A model generated the notes under the pieces. The model had not been told where the DNA came from. It made no database searches and saw only the letters and a list, made by a program, of their open reading frames with translations. A stretch of 59,857 nucleotides of DNA, counting the filler, from Nemertoderma westbladi (Eukaryota; Animalia; Xenacoelomorpha), in the NCBI GenBank assembly GCA_032718475.1. It is 3 parts of 3 records of this genome, joined end to end, with 100 filler letters (N's around TTAATTAATTAA, not from the genome) between each part and the next. Parts side by side here need not be neighbours in the genome. Positions count along the whole stretch, not along the records: positions 1 to 16,164 come from JAUCBJ010007451.1; 2 more parts are not named here. One strand, given 5' to 3'. The position numbers were made by a program, and so were the translations under genes. Below, in pieces: positions 1 through 11,475 of this stretch (the stretch's first letter is position 1; every line of letters begins with the position of its first letter).

Positions 1-2
1 AG

Positions 3-2406
3 TAGTGTTGAGAACTGAATCAATTTTAACTAATTTCAGTTACAGTTACAGTTTCAGTATTCAAAGTTTTGCATTTCAGTTACAGTTACAGTTTCAGTAT
101 TACAAAGTGTAACATTTCAGTTACAGTTACAGTTTCAGTATTACAAAGTGTAACGTTTCAGTTACAGTTACAGTTTCAGTATTACAAAATTGAGCATTTC
201 AGTTTCAGTTTCAGTTTTGATCGCGATAAAATTTCTGTTACAGTTTCAGTTATAGATTCAATATATTATCCCACATAGTAAGCAGTCATTGAAATAATTT
301 CAGTCTCATTGGGGCGGGGTACAGTGCAGTCATTCACCCAATGAGCAAGGATGTCATTACGTTACGTTACGGTATCTTTTCAGGAATACCGTAGCTCAAT
401 ATTTTTCCGTAACGTAAACCGTAACGTAATAGCTTTTTCAATACCGTAACGTAATATTACTGTATATTTTTACCGTAAACCGTAACGTAATAGCGTAATA
501 TTTTTTTTAGCTACCAAACAATAATTTTGGACAAAAAAGTAAATCTTTCGACAAAAAACTTTCACTTGAACGTTCTAGCTATTCAATATAAAGCTAAATG
601 CTTTTAGGTTTTTTTTGTCTGTACACGGTATCCTTATAGCCAGCTTCCTGGCTTCAACAGTTATTTATGATGAAGTTTTAATTAATAATTAATTAATAGT
701 TAAATTAAGTTTTAATTAAACATTACGTTTTAATTAATGTTAAGCTAACTAGGGCTACTGACTGAACTATTTATACTGAGTCTCTGCTCTATCCTAGCTG
801 TAGCCTATAAACGCAGTATGCTGTAATGGTATAGATCATAGATTTACAGGACAGGTCAGTAGGTTACATGGTAGGCCTACCTACAGGGCTAGCGGCTACC
901 TGTATGTCTTATTTATGACAACCTATTACAACACAAGCCAAGCCGTTCTACCAATTTAAAGTTATTTTTTTGTTAAGTTAATTTGCAATTTCAAAACATT
1001 GAAACTATAATTTTCCGATTTTCAGACAAAAATAGGATGAAACTTTAAATATCTATTTGTGGTCCTATGGTAATCTGAACCGGTTATTACGTTACGGTAT
1101 TTTCGGTAAATACGCAATTATTTTTTTCGGAATACAGTAACGTAACGTAATTTGGAAATTATTCCGTGTAATGTAATATCGTAACGTAAAAAGTTCAGTT
1201 TTTCAACCGTAACGTGACGTAATACCGTAACGTAACGTAACGTAAAACATCCTTGCCAATGAGTCACTTGCCGAATACAAAAGGTTTTATCTAAAACTAA
1301 AAGTGAGTCACTTTAATATATATACACTAATAATAATATTCATTACGAAACTGGCTCTTTATAGAGCTAATAGGTAGTTGTTGTAGGAAAGATGGACCCC
1401 ATCTATGGTAATATTTTGTAACTAATATAGGGCCTACTGATGTAATGAATGTACTGTATGTAATGAAAGTGGCGGTCACAAGATCAACTAAAGGCACCCA
1501 CATTTTACTGTACATCTTGTTTCAGTGCTTGTACTGTTATCATTTATTGTTTTGGTTATAAAGGGCATGCTTCTGAAACCTGCTCATCATTTTCCGTAAT
1601 TTATAATTTGTTGTAGTAAGCATATATTTGTAGTTTTGATTAGACCCACCTCGTTAAGCTACTCCTTTCACTTTTTAAGTTTAATTGTAATTTTGTAATT
1701 TATAATGGTAAACTTGATAAAAATTTAATTTCCAGTGTACCTCTAGTGTGATATCCCCTGTGATATTAATATTACCAGTAACATTAATAATTCATAATGT
1801 AAATTATATATCCGTTATATCCCTCTACCGACCATTACCATTAACTATATTTTTGTTTATCTAAAACATTTACATTTAATATGCGATATTTAGGAAGCAA
1901 AGAGTGCTGATAAGGCTGATATGTAGTCTAATAGTTGAGATAGATAAACCTCTGACTAATTATAACTATAGTATATGCTAGATCTTCGTTCATTACTCGA
2001 TGCTTGACTCGCCAAATAAATCACAGTTGAGATAAGTGTGCAATGGGTCTTTGGGCCACTTGACAACTATCAAGGTTCAAAACGATAATAATAAATAAAA
2101 ATACAAAAATGTTTTAAAAATGATACCCATATCGACCACTGTTATTAATTTATTAAACTATTACAATACTGTTTCAAGTGCTCATTGATGTTAGTTGTGT
2201 GGTTGAGAACTGAAACGATTTTTAGTAATTTCAGTTTCAGTTACAGTTACAGTATTCAAATTTCCTAATTACAGTTTCAGTTACAGTTACAGTATTAAAA
2301 ATTCGCAATTACAGTTACAGTTATAGTTACAGTATTAAAAAATAATCAAAATCATTCAGTTACAGTTGCAGTTACAGTATAATTACAGTTACAGTTCTCA
2401 ACACTA
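3..2406. mobile_element. Non-autonomous hAT-like DNA transposon (MITE-like) with CAGTTA/CAGTTT subterminal repeats
   Basis: 15-bp TIR TAGTGTTGAGAACTG (3-17) / CAGTTCTCAACACTA (2392-2406). The right flank GTGTTTAG (2407-2414) ends in AG, matching bases 1-2, consistent with an 8-bp TSD cut by the window edge. Hexamer arrays at both ends. Confidence 0.8.
346..1255. mobile_element. hAT-like MITE nested in the 3-2406 element
   Basis: TIR CAAGGATG / CATCCTTG; perfect 8-bp TSD CCAATGAG (338-345, 1256-1263); CGTAA/TTACG subterminal repeats at both ends. Confidence 0.9.
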
Positions 2407-2444
2407 GTGTTTAGCTGGGTTTTGGTGTAGTTAGTTGGATTAAC

Positions 2445-2498
2445 ATGTGTCCTGCACGGGTTAGTGTAGCTGATGAGCCAAATCCCGGCGAAACACAT
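2445..2498 (+). ncRNA. Type III hammerhead ribozyme
   Basis: Stem III ATGTGT(2445-2450)/ACACAT(2493-2498); GUC cleavage triplet ending at C2451; stem I CTGCAC/GTGTAG with loop GGGTTA; core CTGATGA (2470-2476); stem II GCC/GGC with loop AAATCCC; core GAAA (2490-2493). Confidence 0.88.
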
Positions 2499-2909
2499 AT
2501 GCAAAAATGTAACCAATGTGATAATTTTACTTACAGTATTTAAACAGGGTTGCGCTTTGTGTCCCTGCTTAAATAAAACGATGACTACTTACGGTTGAAC
2601 AGATAGGAACATGTTGTTTCTCTGTTTCCAAATAATTTTACTTGCTTGATATTGGTCTGTCAAAAACATAATTCGTTCAACTCAAAATTATATTTAAGAG
2701 ACCGGATCATGCTGAACATGGTTGTATAAAATGCCTTCCTATTATTTTATTTTTATTAAATATATATATATATATTTATATATTATATATATATAAATAT
2801 ATAATAAACTTATCATTCGAGGTTAAGACCCCTAGATCCCTTCTTATAATAAAATGTATAATAACAAACACCTCGAAAAATACAGCTTGCCAACACATTG
2901 TTACTATCA

Positions 2910-3415
2910 ATAATAATAACTAAAATGGCATTCAGCTTACCAGCTATTCGCATTAAGCTAATAGATATACGATTTCATTCGATTCAGTGAGTGTGTGAGG
3001 GCTATTGGGAGAGCAATCAGCTTATGATGTAATACATTAGAATCCTACGGCTTTTGTTTGCTTACTGTCTGAGTTGTAGAGTGAGGATATTACTTGGCAC
3101 AGAAAGCATTTCCTTGTTAGGTGGCCATTCCTATAGAATAGCATTACTAGGCCATCTCTATCCATTTTTCATGAGTGCCAGCTGGTGTTTTTATCATTGC
3201 GCCTATGGCGTTTTTTCGTTTATGTCTATTTTTCGAGCCCACGGCTCATGGACGAAATAGCGGAACATACCAGGGACCTTAGAATCGCGGTATCCAGCCG
3301 CTGTGAAAATTTCATCAAAATCGTTAGAGTAGTTTTGGCTATAGATTAACCAGCCAGCCAGCCAGCCAGCCAGTCAGCTAACAATTCTTACAGTAATGAA
3401 CCTCTCGGTTCCTAA
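2910..3415 (-). mobile_element. Helentron-associated element (HINE/DINE-1-like), subfamily A, partial
   Basis: Shared core (CATTGCGCCTATGGCG...AAATTTCATCAAAATCG), (CAGC)n microsatellite, terminal hairpin GAACC-TCTC-GGTTC; near-identical to 6080-6604. Confidence 0.65.
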
Positions 3416-4523
3416 CTAGAGACGGCGTCAAGACGCCGTTAAGCAAGTCGGAAGTCATCAATCAAATATAAATTCCCTCAACAATGTTTACCTATGGTCA
3501 GAATGGAAGGGCTATTTACCTATGGTCAGAGAGAGATCCCACTCTGTAATTTGGCAATTGCTCAAATTCATTCAGTTGAATGGCACAGTAGAGTGAACTA
3601 AACTAAATTCCCTCAACAATGTTTGGCTATGGTCTGAAAGAACTAACAGTCATTCAGCTTGCACAATGTCAATCACCTACAGTATAAAACATTTAGAATG
3701 CCACAGTGTGTATCCTGATACAGATAATAAGCAGTGATATATATATTTCAAACTATAATGTTAGTGTTAGCCTTACACAGTATCAGTATGAGGCTGAGTA
3801 AACATTCCACCTTATAAGCATACTGCCTCCACAGAATTAATGTTGGCCGAAAGATTTAAAAATAAAACAATTATTATTATAAATACAGTGCAATCCAATA
3901 GTACCCAACACACTGTGTAACTAACAGTCAATCAGCTTACACGTCAATTAACATAGAAGAGAGAGTAACCTTGTAGATCGCCATAGAAAGCATTGGGAAG
4001 AGTTATTCAGCTGAGGCTGTAATAGCCGGCTAACCCAGTGAATGATTATAAAGTTGGCACTGTATGTACTTCCTTGTTAGGTGGCTCCCTATAGAATAGC
4101 AAACCAACCAGTTGATGTTTGTTTGCACAGAGTGGTTGGTAGGGCCTAAACAAACAGTATGGGTGTACTAAGTATAATACTCTTGGCAACCTCATCTATT
4201 TAATACTAAGCCTTGTGTAGAATTGCATTACATAAGTCATTTTTCATCAGGACACCAGCTGTCATGGGTGTTATTTTACCATTGCGCCTATGGCGTTTTT
4301 TTCGTTTATCTCTATTTTTCGAGCCCAGAGGCTATGGACGGAGTAGCCGATCATGCCAGGGACCTTAGAATCGCGGTATCTAGATGCTGTGAAAATTTCA
4401 TCAAAATCGTTAGAGTAGTTTTGGCTGTAGATCAGCCAGCCAGCCAGCCAGCCAGTCAGCCAGCCAGCCAGCCAGTCAGTCAGTCAACAATTCTTACAGT
4501 AATCAAGTCTAACGACTTGCTAA
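3416..4523 (-). mobile_element. HINE-like element, subfamily B, full length
   Basis: CTAG end followed by palindrome ACGGCGTC-AA-GACGCCGT and subTIR AGCAAGTCG; the other end has hairpin CAAGTC-TAAC-GACTTG containing the complementary CGACTTGCT; microsatellite; one copy of an internal ~250-bp repeat. Confidence 0.72.
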
Positions 4524-6022
4524 CTAGAGACGGCGTCAAGACGCCGTTAAGCAAGTCGGAAGTCGTCAATCAAAGGTAAGTTCCCTCAACAATGTTTACC
4601 TTTGTTCAGAAGGGAAGTGTTATTTATCTATGGTCAGAGAGAGATCCCACTCTGTAATTTGGCAATTGCTCAAATCCATTCAGCTGAATGACTCAGTAGA
4701 GTAAACTAAAGTAAATTCCCTCAGCCTCAACAATGTTTGCCTATGGTGTGAAGGGAATCTGACAGAGAATAATCTTAGCCACTAAATGTCATTCACCTAA
4801 CAAAACATTTTGAATGCCACAGTGATTAACCCAATACAGATAATAAGCAGTTATTTTTATATTTCAAACTATAATGTTAGTGTAAGCCTTACAGAGTATC
4901 AGTATGAGGCTGAGTAAACATTCCGCCTTATAAGCACACAGCCTCCACAGTATTAATGTTGGCCAAAAGATTTAAAAATAAAATACAGTGCAATAGTACT
5001 CTGTAACCTACAGTCATTCAGCTTGCACTAAATATCAATCACCTATAAAACATTTAAACATTTTGAATGCCACAGTGTGTAACCTGATACAGATAATAAG
5101 CAGTGATTTTTATGTTTTAAACTATAACGTTAGTGTTAGACTTACAGTGTATCAGTATGAAGCTGAGTAAACATTCGCCTTATAAGCATACAACCTCCAA
5201 AATATTAATGTTGGACGAAAGATTTAAAAATAAAATACAGTGCAGTAGTACTCTGTAACTAACAGTCATTCAGCTTGCACTAAATGTCAATCACCTATAA
5301 AACATTTTGAATGCCACAGTGATTATTAACCCAATACAGATAATAAGAAGTGATTTTTATATTTCAAACTATAATGTTAGTCTTAGCCTTACAGAGTATC
5401 AGTATAAGGCTGAGTAAACATTCCACCTTATAAGCATACAGCCTCCACAGTATTAATGTTGGCATTAATGTAGCCGATACACTGTATACCTAATAGTCAT
5501 TCAGCAGGGGGAAGAGTTATTCAGCTGAGGCGGTAATAGATTGCAAACTAAACCAACCAGTTGGCAGCCTCATCGATTTATACTAAGCCTGTGTAGAAAG
5601 AACCACAAACGAAATCAACCAGTTAATATTTGCTTTGACAGAGAGTGCAGGGCCTAAACAAACAGTATGGGTGTACTAAGTATAATAATCTTGGCAACCT
5701 CATCGATTTATTACTAAGCCTTGTGTAGAAATGCATTAGATAAGCCATTTTTCATCAGGACACCAGCTGTCATTGGTGTTATTTTACCATTGCGCCTATG
5801 GCGTTTTTTTCGTTTATCTCTTTTTTTCGAACACAGAGGCTATGGACGGAGTAGCCGATCATGCCAGGGACCTTAGAATCGCGGTATCTAGATGCTGTGA
5901 AAATTTCATCAAAATCGTTAGAGTAGTTTTGGCTGTAGGTCAGTCAGTCAGTCAGTCAGTCAGTCAGTCAATCAGTCAGCCACGAGCAATTCTTACAGTA
6001 ATCAAGTCTAACGACTTGCTAA
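4524..6022 (-). mobile_element. HINE-like element, subfamily B, with 3 internal ~250-bp tandem repeats
   Basis: Same termini as 3416-4523; the internal marker GAATGCCACAGTG recurs at ~4811, ~5064 and ~5309. Confidence 0.72.
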
Positions 6023-6079
6023 TTATTTTAATTAAATATTACATGCAACATAGCAGTCTACTCTACAGTCAACAGTACA

Positions 6080-6604
6080 CAATAACTAAAATGGCATTCA
6101 GCTTACCAGCTATTCGCATTAAGCTAATAGATATTCGATTATATTCGATTCAGTGAGTGTGTGAGGGCTATTGGGAGAGCAATCAGCTTATGATGTAATA
6201 CATTAGAATACCACGGCTTTTGTTTGCTTATTGTCTGAGTTGTAGAGTGAGGATAAAACTTGGCAGAGAAAGCATTTCCTTGTTAGGTGGCCATTCCTAT
6301 AGAATAGCATTACTAGGCTATCTCTATCCATTTTTCATGAGTGCCAGCTGGTGTTTTTATCATTGCGCCTATGGCGTTTTTTCGTTTATGTCTATTTTTC
6401 GAGCCCACGGCTCATGGACGAAATAGCGGAACATACCAGGGACCTTAGAATCGCGGTATCTAGCCGCTGTGAAAATTTCATCAAAATCGTTAGAGTAGTT
6501 TTGGCTGTAGATCAGCCAGCCAGCCAGCCAGTCAGTCAGCCAGCCAGCCACGAGTAATTCTTACAGTAATGAACCTCTCGGTTCCTAAACCTCTCGGTTC
6601 CTAA
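6080..6604 (-). mobile_element. HINE-like element, subfamily A, partial
   Basis: Near-copy of 2910-3415 with a duplicated terminal AACCTCTCGGTTCCTA. Confidence 0.65.
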
Positions 6605-8098
6605 CTAGAGACGGCGTCAAGACGCCGTTAAGCAAGTCGGAAGTCGTCAATCAAAGGTAAGTTCCCTCAACAATGTTAACCTTTGTTCAGAAGGGAAGTG
6701 TTATTTACCTATGGTCAGAGAGAGATCCCACTCTGTAATTTGGCAATTGCTCAAATCCATTCAGCTGAATGACTCAGTAGAGTAAACTAAAGTAAATTCC
6801 CTCAGCCTCAACAATGTTTGCCTATGGTGTGAAGGGAATCTGACAGAGAATAATCTTAGCCACTAAATGTCATTCACCTAACAAAACATTTTGAATGCCA
6901 CAGTGATTAACCCAATACAGATAATAAGCAGTTATTTTTATATTTCAAACTATAATGTTAGTGTAAGCCTTACAGAGTATCAGTATGAGGCTGAGTAATC
7001 ATTCCGCCTTATAAGCATACAGCCTCCACAGTATTAATGTTGGCCGAATGATTTAAAAATAAAATACAGTGCAATAGTACTCTGTAACCTACAGTCATTC
7101 AGCTTGCACTAAATATCAATCACCTATAAAACATTTAAACATTTTGAATGCCACAGTGTGTAACCTGATACAGATAATAAACAGTGATTTTTATGTTTTA
7201 AACTATAACGTCAGTGTTAGCCTTACAGTGTATCAGTATGAAGCTGAGTAAACATTCGCCTTATAAGCATACAACCTCCAAAGTATTAATGTTGGACGAA
7301 AGATTTAAAAATAAAATACAGTGCAGTAGTACTCTGTAACTAACAGTCATTCAGCTTGCACTAAATGTCAATCACCTATAAAACATTTTGAATGCCACAG
7401 TGACTATTAACCCAATACAGATAATAAGAAGTGATTTTTATATTTTTCGAACTATAATGTTAGTCTTAGCCTTACAGAGTATCAGTATAAGCCTGAGTAA
7501 ACATTCCACCTTATAAGCATACAGCCTCCACAGTATTAATGTTGGCATTAATGTAGCCGATACACTGTATACCTAATAGTCATTCAGCAGGGGGAAGAGT
7601 TATTCAGCTGAGGCGGTAATAGATTGCAAACTAAACCAAGGAGTTGGCAGCCTCATCGATTTATACTAAGCCTGTGTAGAACCACAAACTGAATCAACCA
7701 GTTAATATTTGCTTTGACAGAGAGTGCAGGGCCTAAACAAACAGTATGGGTGTACTAAGTACAATAATCTTGGCAACCTCATCGATTTAATACTAAGCCT
7801 TGTGTAGAATTGCATTACATAAGCCATTTTTCATCAGGACACCAGCTGTCATGGGTGATATTTTACCATTGCGCCTATGGCGTTTTTTTCGTTTATCTCT
7901 ATTTTTCGAGCCCAGAGGCTATGGACGGAGTAGCCGATCATGCCAGGGACCTTAGAATCGCGGTATCTAGATGCTGTGAAAATTTCATCAAAATCGTTAG
8001 AGTAGTTTTGGCTGTAGATCAGCCAGCCAGCCAGTCAGTCAGTCAGCCAGCCAGTCAGTCAACAATTCTTACAGTAATCAAGTCTAACGACTTGCTAA
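6605..8098 (-). mobile_element. HINE-like element, subfamily B, near-identical to 4524-6022
   Basis: Same CTAG/palindrome/subTIR termini and three internal repeats. Confidence 0.72.
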
Positions 8099-9553
8099 CT
8101 AGCGGCCCGATAAGGAACCGACTTTTTATTTCAAATAAAAGAGACAACGAGAATTATTATAGAACTAATAATTATGTAAAAATACAATCATATTTCATAC
8201 AATAATTATTAATAAATTCGATCTATTATTAGTTACTCAATTCTAGAACAAAATCGACCTGCAACTAGTGAAGACCTCGTTTTGGAATTTCGAAACCACG
8301 CTGGTGCGATGCGCGATATCGTGTTTAGTTAATAAATTGAAAACTCCATCAATTCATGTGCAACCAGTAATAAGAAATCGCGATAAATGTAATTTAATAA
8401 AAATTATTCTAGAAAAATTTTCCTCAAAAAGTATGAAGTCTTGGCGTTGGTGACGCGAAACTAGGCTAGTGAGATTCAGGATATTGCGTTTAATATAAAA
8501 ATCGAAAACGCTATCGAATTCCGTAAAGGCGTTAATAAAATACTGAAACTTTTTTGAAATTTGTAAAATTCTAGAACTGGAAAAAATTATTTTTTGAACG
8601 GCGCTGTTTGGGGTTTGGAAACATGGATAGGCTGAAAGAGGACATCTAATTAAGTTGAAAAATGAAAACCCCATCGAATTTGGACAAAGCGTTCCGGAGT
8701 TATAGCGGATCGAAAAAAATTGACCCCCCCCCAGTCGCCAAAAATTTACAGTAATTTAAAATTTTGCAAAAAAAATTTTTTGCGTTATTTTTGATGGCGA
8801 ATCGATTGGCAGTACTGGCTACGAAAAATTTTTTTTTGAAATTTTTGGTCAGAAAAAAAAACATGGAAAAAGTATATTTTTAAAAAGATTTGATGTCTTT
8901 GCCTATGGTCAGAGAATGATCCAACTCTGTAACTTGGCAATCGCTCAAATCCATTCAGCTGAATGGCACAGTAGAGTAAACTAAAGTAAATTCCCTATAC
9001 AATGTTCTGAAGGGGTGACTGACAGAGAGTAATCCAACAATAAAACGCATTGTAGCCAACACACTGTGTACTTAAAGTCATTCAGCTTACATTAGCAGAG
9101 TGAAATATTCTCATAGAATGCATTGGGAAGAGTAATTCAGCTGAGGCGATAATAGATTTCTAACTAAACCAACCAGTTAATATTTGCTTTGACAGAGTGT
9201 CCTAGGACCTAAACAAACAGTATGGGTGTACTAAGTACAATAATCTTGGCAACCTCATCGATTTATACTAAGCCATGTGTAGAAATCCATTACATAAGCC
9301 ATTTTTCATCACGACACCAGCTGTTATTGGTGTTATTTTACCATTGCGCCTATGGCGTTTTTTCGTTTATGTCTATTTTTCGAGCCCATGGCTCATGGAC
9401 GAAATAGCGGAACATACAAGGGACCTTAGAATCGCCGTATCTAGCCGCCGTGAAAATTTCATCAAAATCGTTAGAGTAGTTTTGGCTGTAGATCAGTCAG
9501 TCAGTCAGCCAGTCTCGAGCAATTCTTACAGTAATGAACCTCTCGGTTCCTAA
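8099..9553 (-). mobile_element. HINE-like element, subfamily A, full length
   Basis: Begins CTAGCGGCCCGATAAGGAACCGA and ends GAACCTCTCGGTTCCTAA; subTIR pair AGGAACCGA/TCGGTTCCT; shares the core and microsatellite with subfamily B. Confidence 0.68.
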
Positions 9554-10410
9554 TAATAGATATATAAATATACAGTATATACAGAATATATAGAATATAA
9601 AAAATACTTACTTTGAGATACGACCTCCTGGTGCGGGAGATACAATATTATTTGAATTACCGGTATCTTTATTACCAATAGTGTTAGTAGTACCGGTAGC
9701 ATTACATATAACAGTACTGCCAGTAAGAGTACATAAGCCATATACTGTAAGCCATAAGCCGCCATAAGCATAGATTCTAGAGATAGGCAGGGAGGGGGGG
9801 AGAATTTCGACGCAATCAAAATAATATAGTAACTATCTGCTAATAGTTACTGCAATATATTTGCAAATTTGGCTGTAAATGTATCTAGAACATGGTGTTT
9901 AAAGTAGGATGCCGTACATCCTTGTCTACTCTGCCAAACGTCCCCATGTGTTGGGAGGTTAGGCATGTTTGACCTCCGTCAACAAAATCGGTCCTAGCGT
10001 TTCGAAATCTGTTTAACATTCATCCAAACTATGACTAATAGATAGCCCATTAAATTCTGGACAAATTGAGAACTCATATTAAACAAATGAGTTAAACAAC
10101 AGATTGGAAGATATTATACAAAACATACCAAACTTCCCAACCTTCCCCAACATACTCTATGACCGTACGGACAAGAAATTTTATTCTGGTTCTTTATTAT
10201 ACTGATATCACTCAGTAGGCCAATTAGTTCATATATTTTAAACGTGAGCAAATTTCACTAAATATAGTGCAGATATTAAGTTAAAATACCTATTTTGGGC
10301 CTTTCAGTTCAAATATGTAGTGCCACAAACTCCATAACGTATAGAGAAACAATGAATCATGGTTTGGTATCACACGGTTAATTTACATAATCGCGATTAT
10401 GTCAGAGTGT

Positions 10411-10452
10411 GGTTCACTCGAGTCGGTTCACTCGAGTCGGTTCACTCGAGTC
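10411..10452. repeat. 14-bp tandem repeat x3 (GGTTCACTCGAGTC)
   Basis: Three perfect copies read directly. Confidence 0.9.
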
Positions 10453-10791
10453 CGCTTAATGTCACACAGCCTGCAGATCGAAAAGGGTAGATGGAGTAGA
10501 ACTCCCACCCAAGATCGTGTTTGTGTTTGTGATGTCGACTGTGCAGACTGAGGAACTTGTTCTGATTGCTTGTCCTCCTTTATCTGAATGTATCCGTAGT
10601 GAATATAACAAACAATTGAACCTAAAGTCTTTAAGTAGTATTTTTTCTATGAAAATACCGATAAACTTGAGCTAGTTTGTAAATTTATTTCTGATGTTAT
10701 TGGCCTTTACTAGTTTAAATTCAATATTATTTTGGTTTCACTTATGTATGACATTGCCTCTGTTTGAACTTATCTCGATACTACCTCCATT

Positions 10792-11194
10792 ATACGGGGG
10801 TGAGACCTGGACACTGACTAAATCACTTGAACAACGAATAGATGGTTGCTACACAAGTCTACTAAGGGCAGCCATAAACATCAGCTGGAGACAACACATG
10901 ACAAACGCCGAGCTTTATGGTACAATAGCACCTGTATCAACCACCCTCCGTGAACGCAGATTAAGATTCAGTGGGCACTGCTGGCGAAGTAAAGACGAGG
11001 TCATACCAGATCTACTTCTCTGGCAACCAACTCATGGAAAGCGTAGTCGTGGACGACCGGCCATAACATATATAGATCAACTTGAAAGGGATACTGAACT
11101 TGGGAGAAACGAAATTGCGACAACTATGGAGAATCGGGAAGCCTGGAAGGATCTCATTTCCACTGTCCGAGTTCGCTCGACCTAGTAGTAGTAG
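10792..11194 (+). mobile_element. 5'-truncated RTE-group LINE (3' end of ORF2)
   Basis: Encodes LYGGETWTLT...RLRFSGHCWR...LLWQPTHGKRSRGRP; (TAG)n tail; 10-bp TSD TACCTCCATT (10782-10791, 11195-11204). Confidence 0.9.
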
Positions 11195-11229
11195 TACCTC
11201 CATTTACTGCACTATTGCATTACACTGTA

Positions 11230-11475
11230 GGGTGAGTGAGGGAGACTTGAACCCCAAAAGTTGTAATCGCTCTAAACAGATAAATAAATTTTTCAAAGCC
11301 GTTTTAACTTTTTCACATTACAGTTATGATTGCTAACATTATGTGAGAGTTTGAGAATTTCAACTCTTTTTTTTCTTTTTTAATTAAACCAATTATTCGT
11401 ATTTTCGAAAAAGCGTCAAGTCTCCCTCAATGGGGGGAGACTTGACACCTATGGTGGGAGACTTGAACCCCACCT
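11230..11475. mobile_element. One end of a TA-flanked (pogo/Tc1-mariner-like) non-autonomous DNA transposon
   Basis: TA followed by GGGTGAGTGAGGGAGACTTGAACC; GGGAGACTTGA is repeated in direct and inverted orientation; matching second end not found. Confidence 0.35.

Noticed and set aside
3054-9553. Repeated short ORFs (..FYHCAYGVF.., ..RDLRIAVS..ENFIKIVRVVLAV..) as a gene family
   Set aside because: These are incidental translations of the non-coding HINE core. Frames differ between copies and run through microsatellites.
10694-10791. N-terminal hydrophobic part of the 163-aa ORF as a signal peptide
   Set aside because: It lies outside the TSD-defined RTE insertion and is a chance read-in from flanking DNA.
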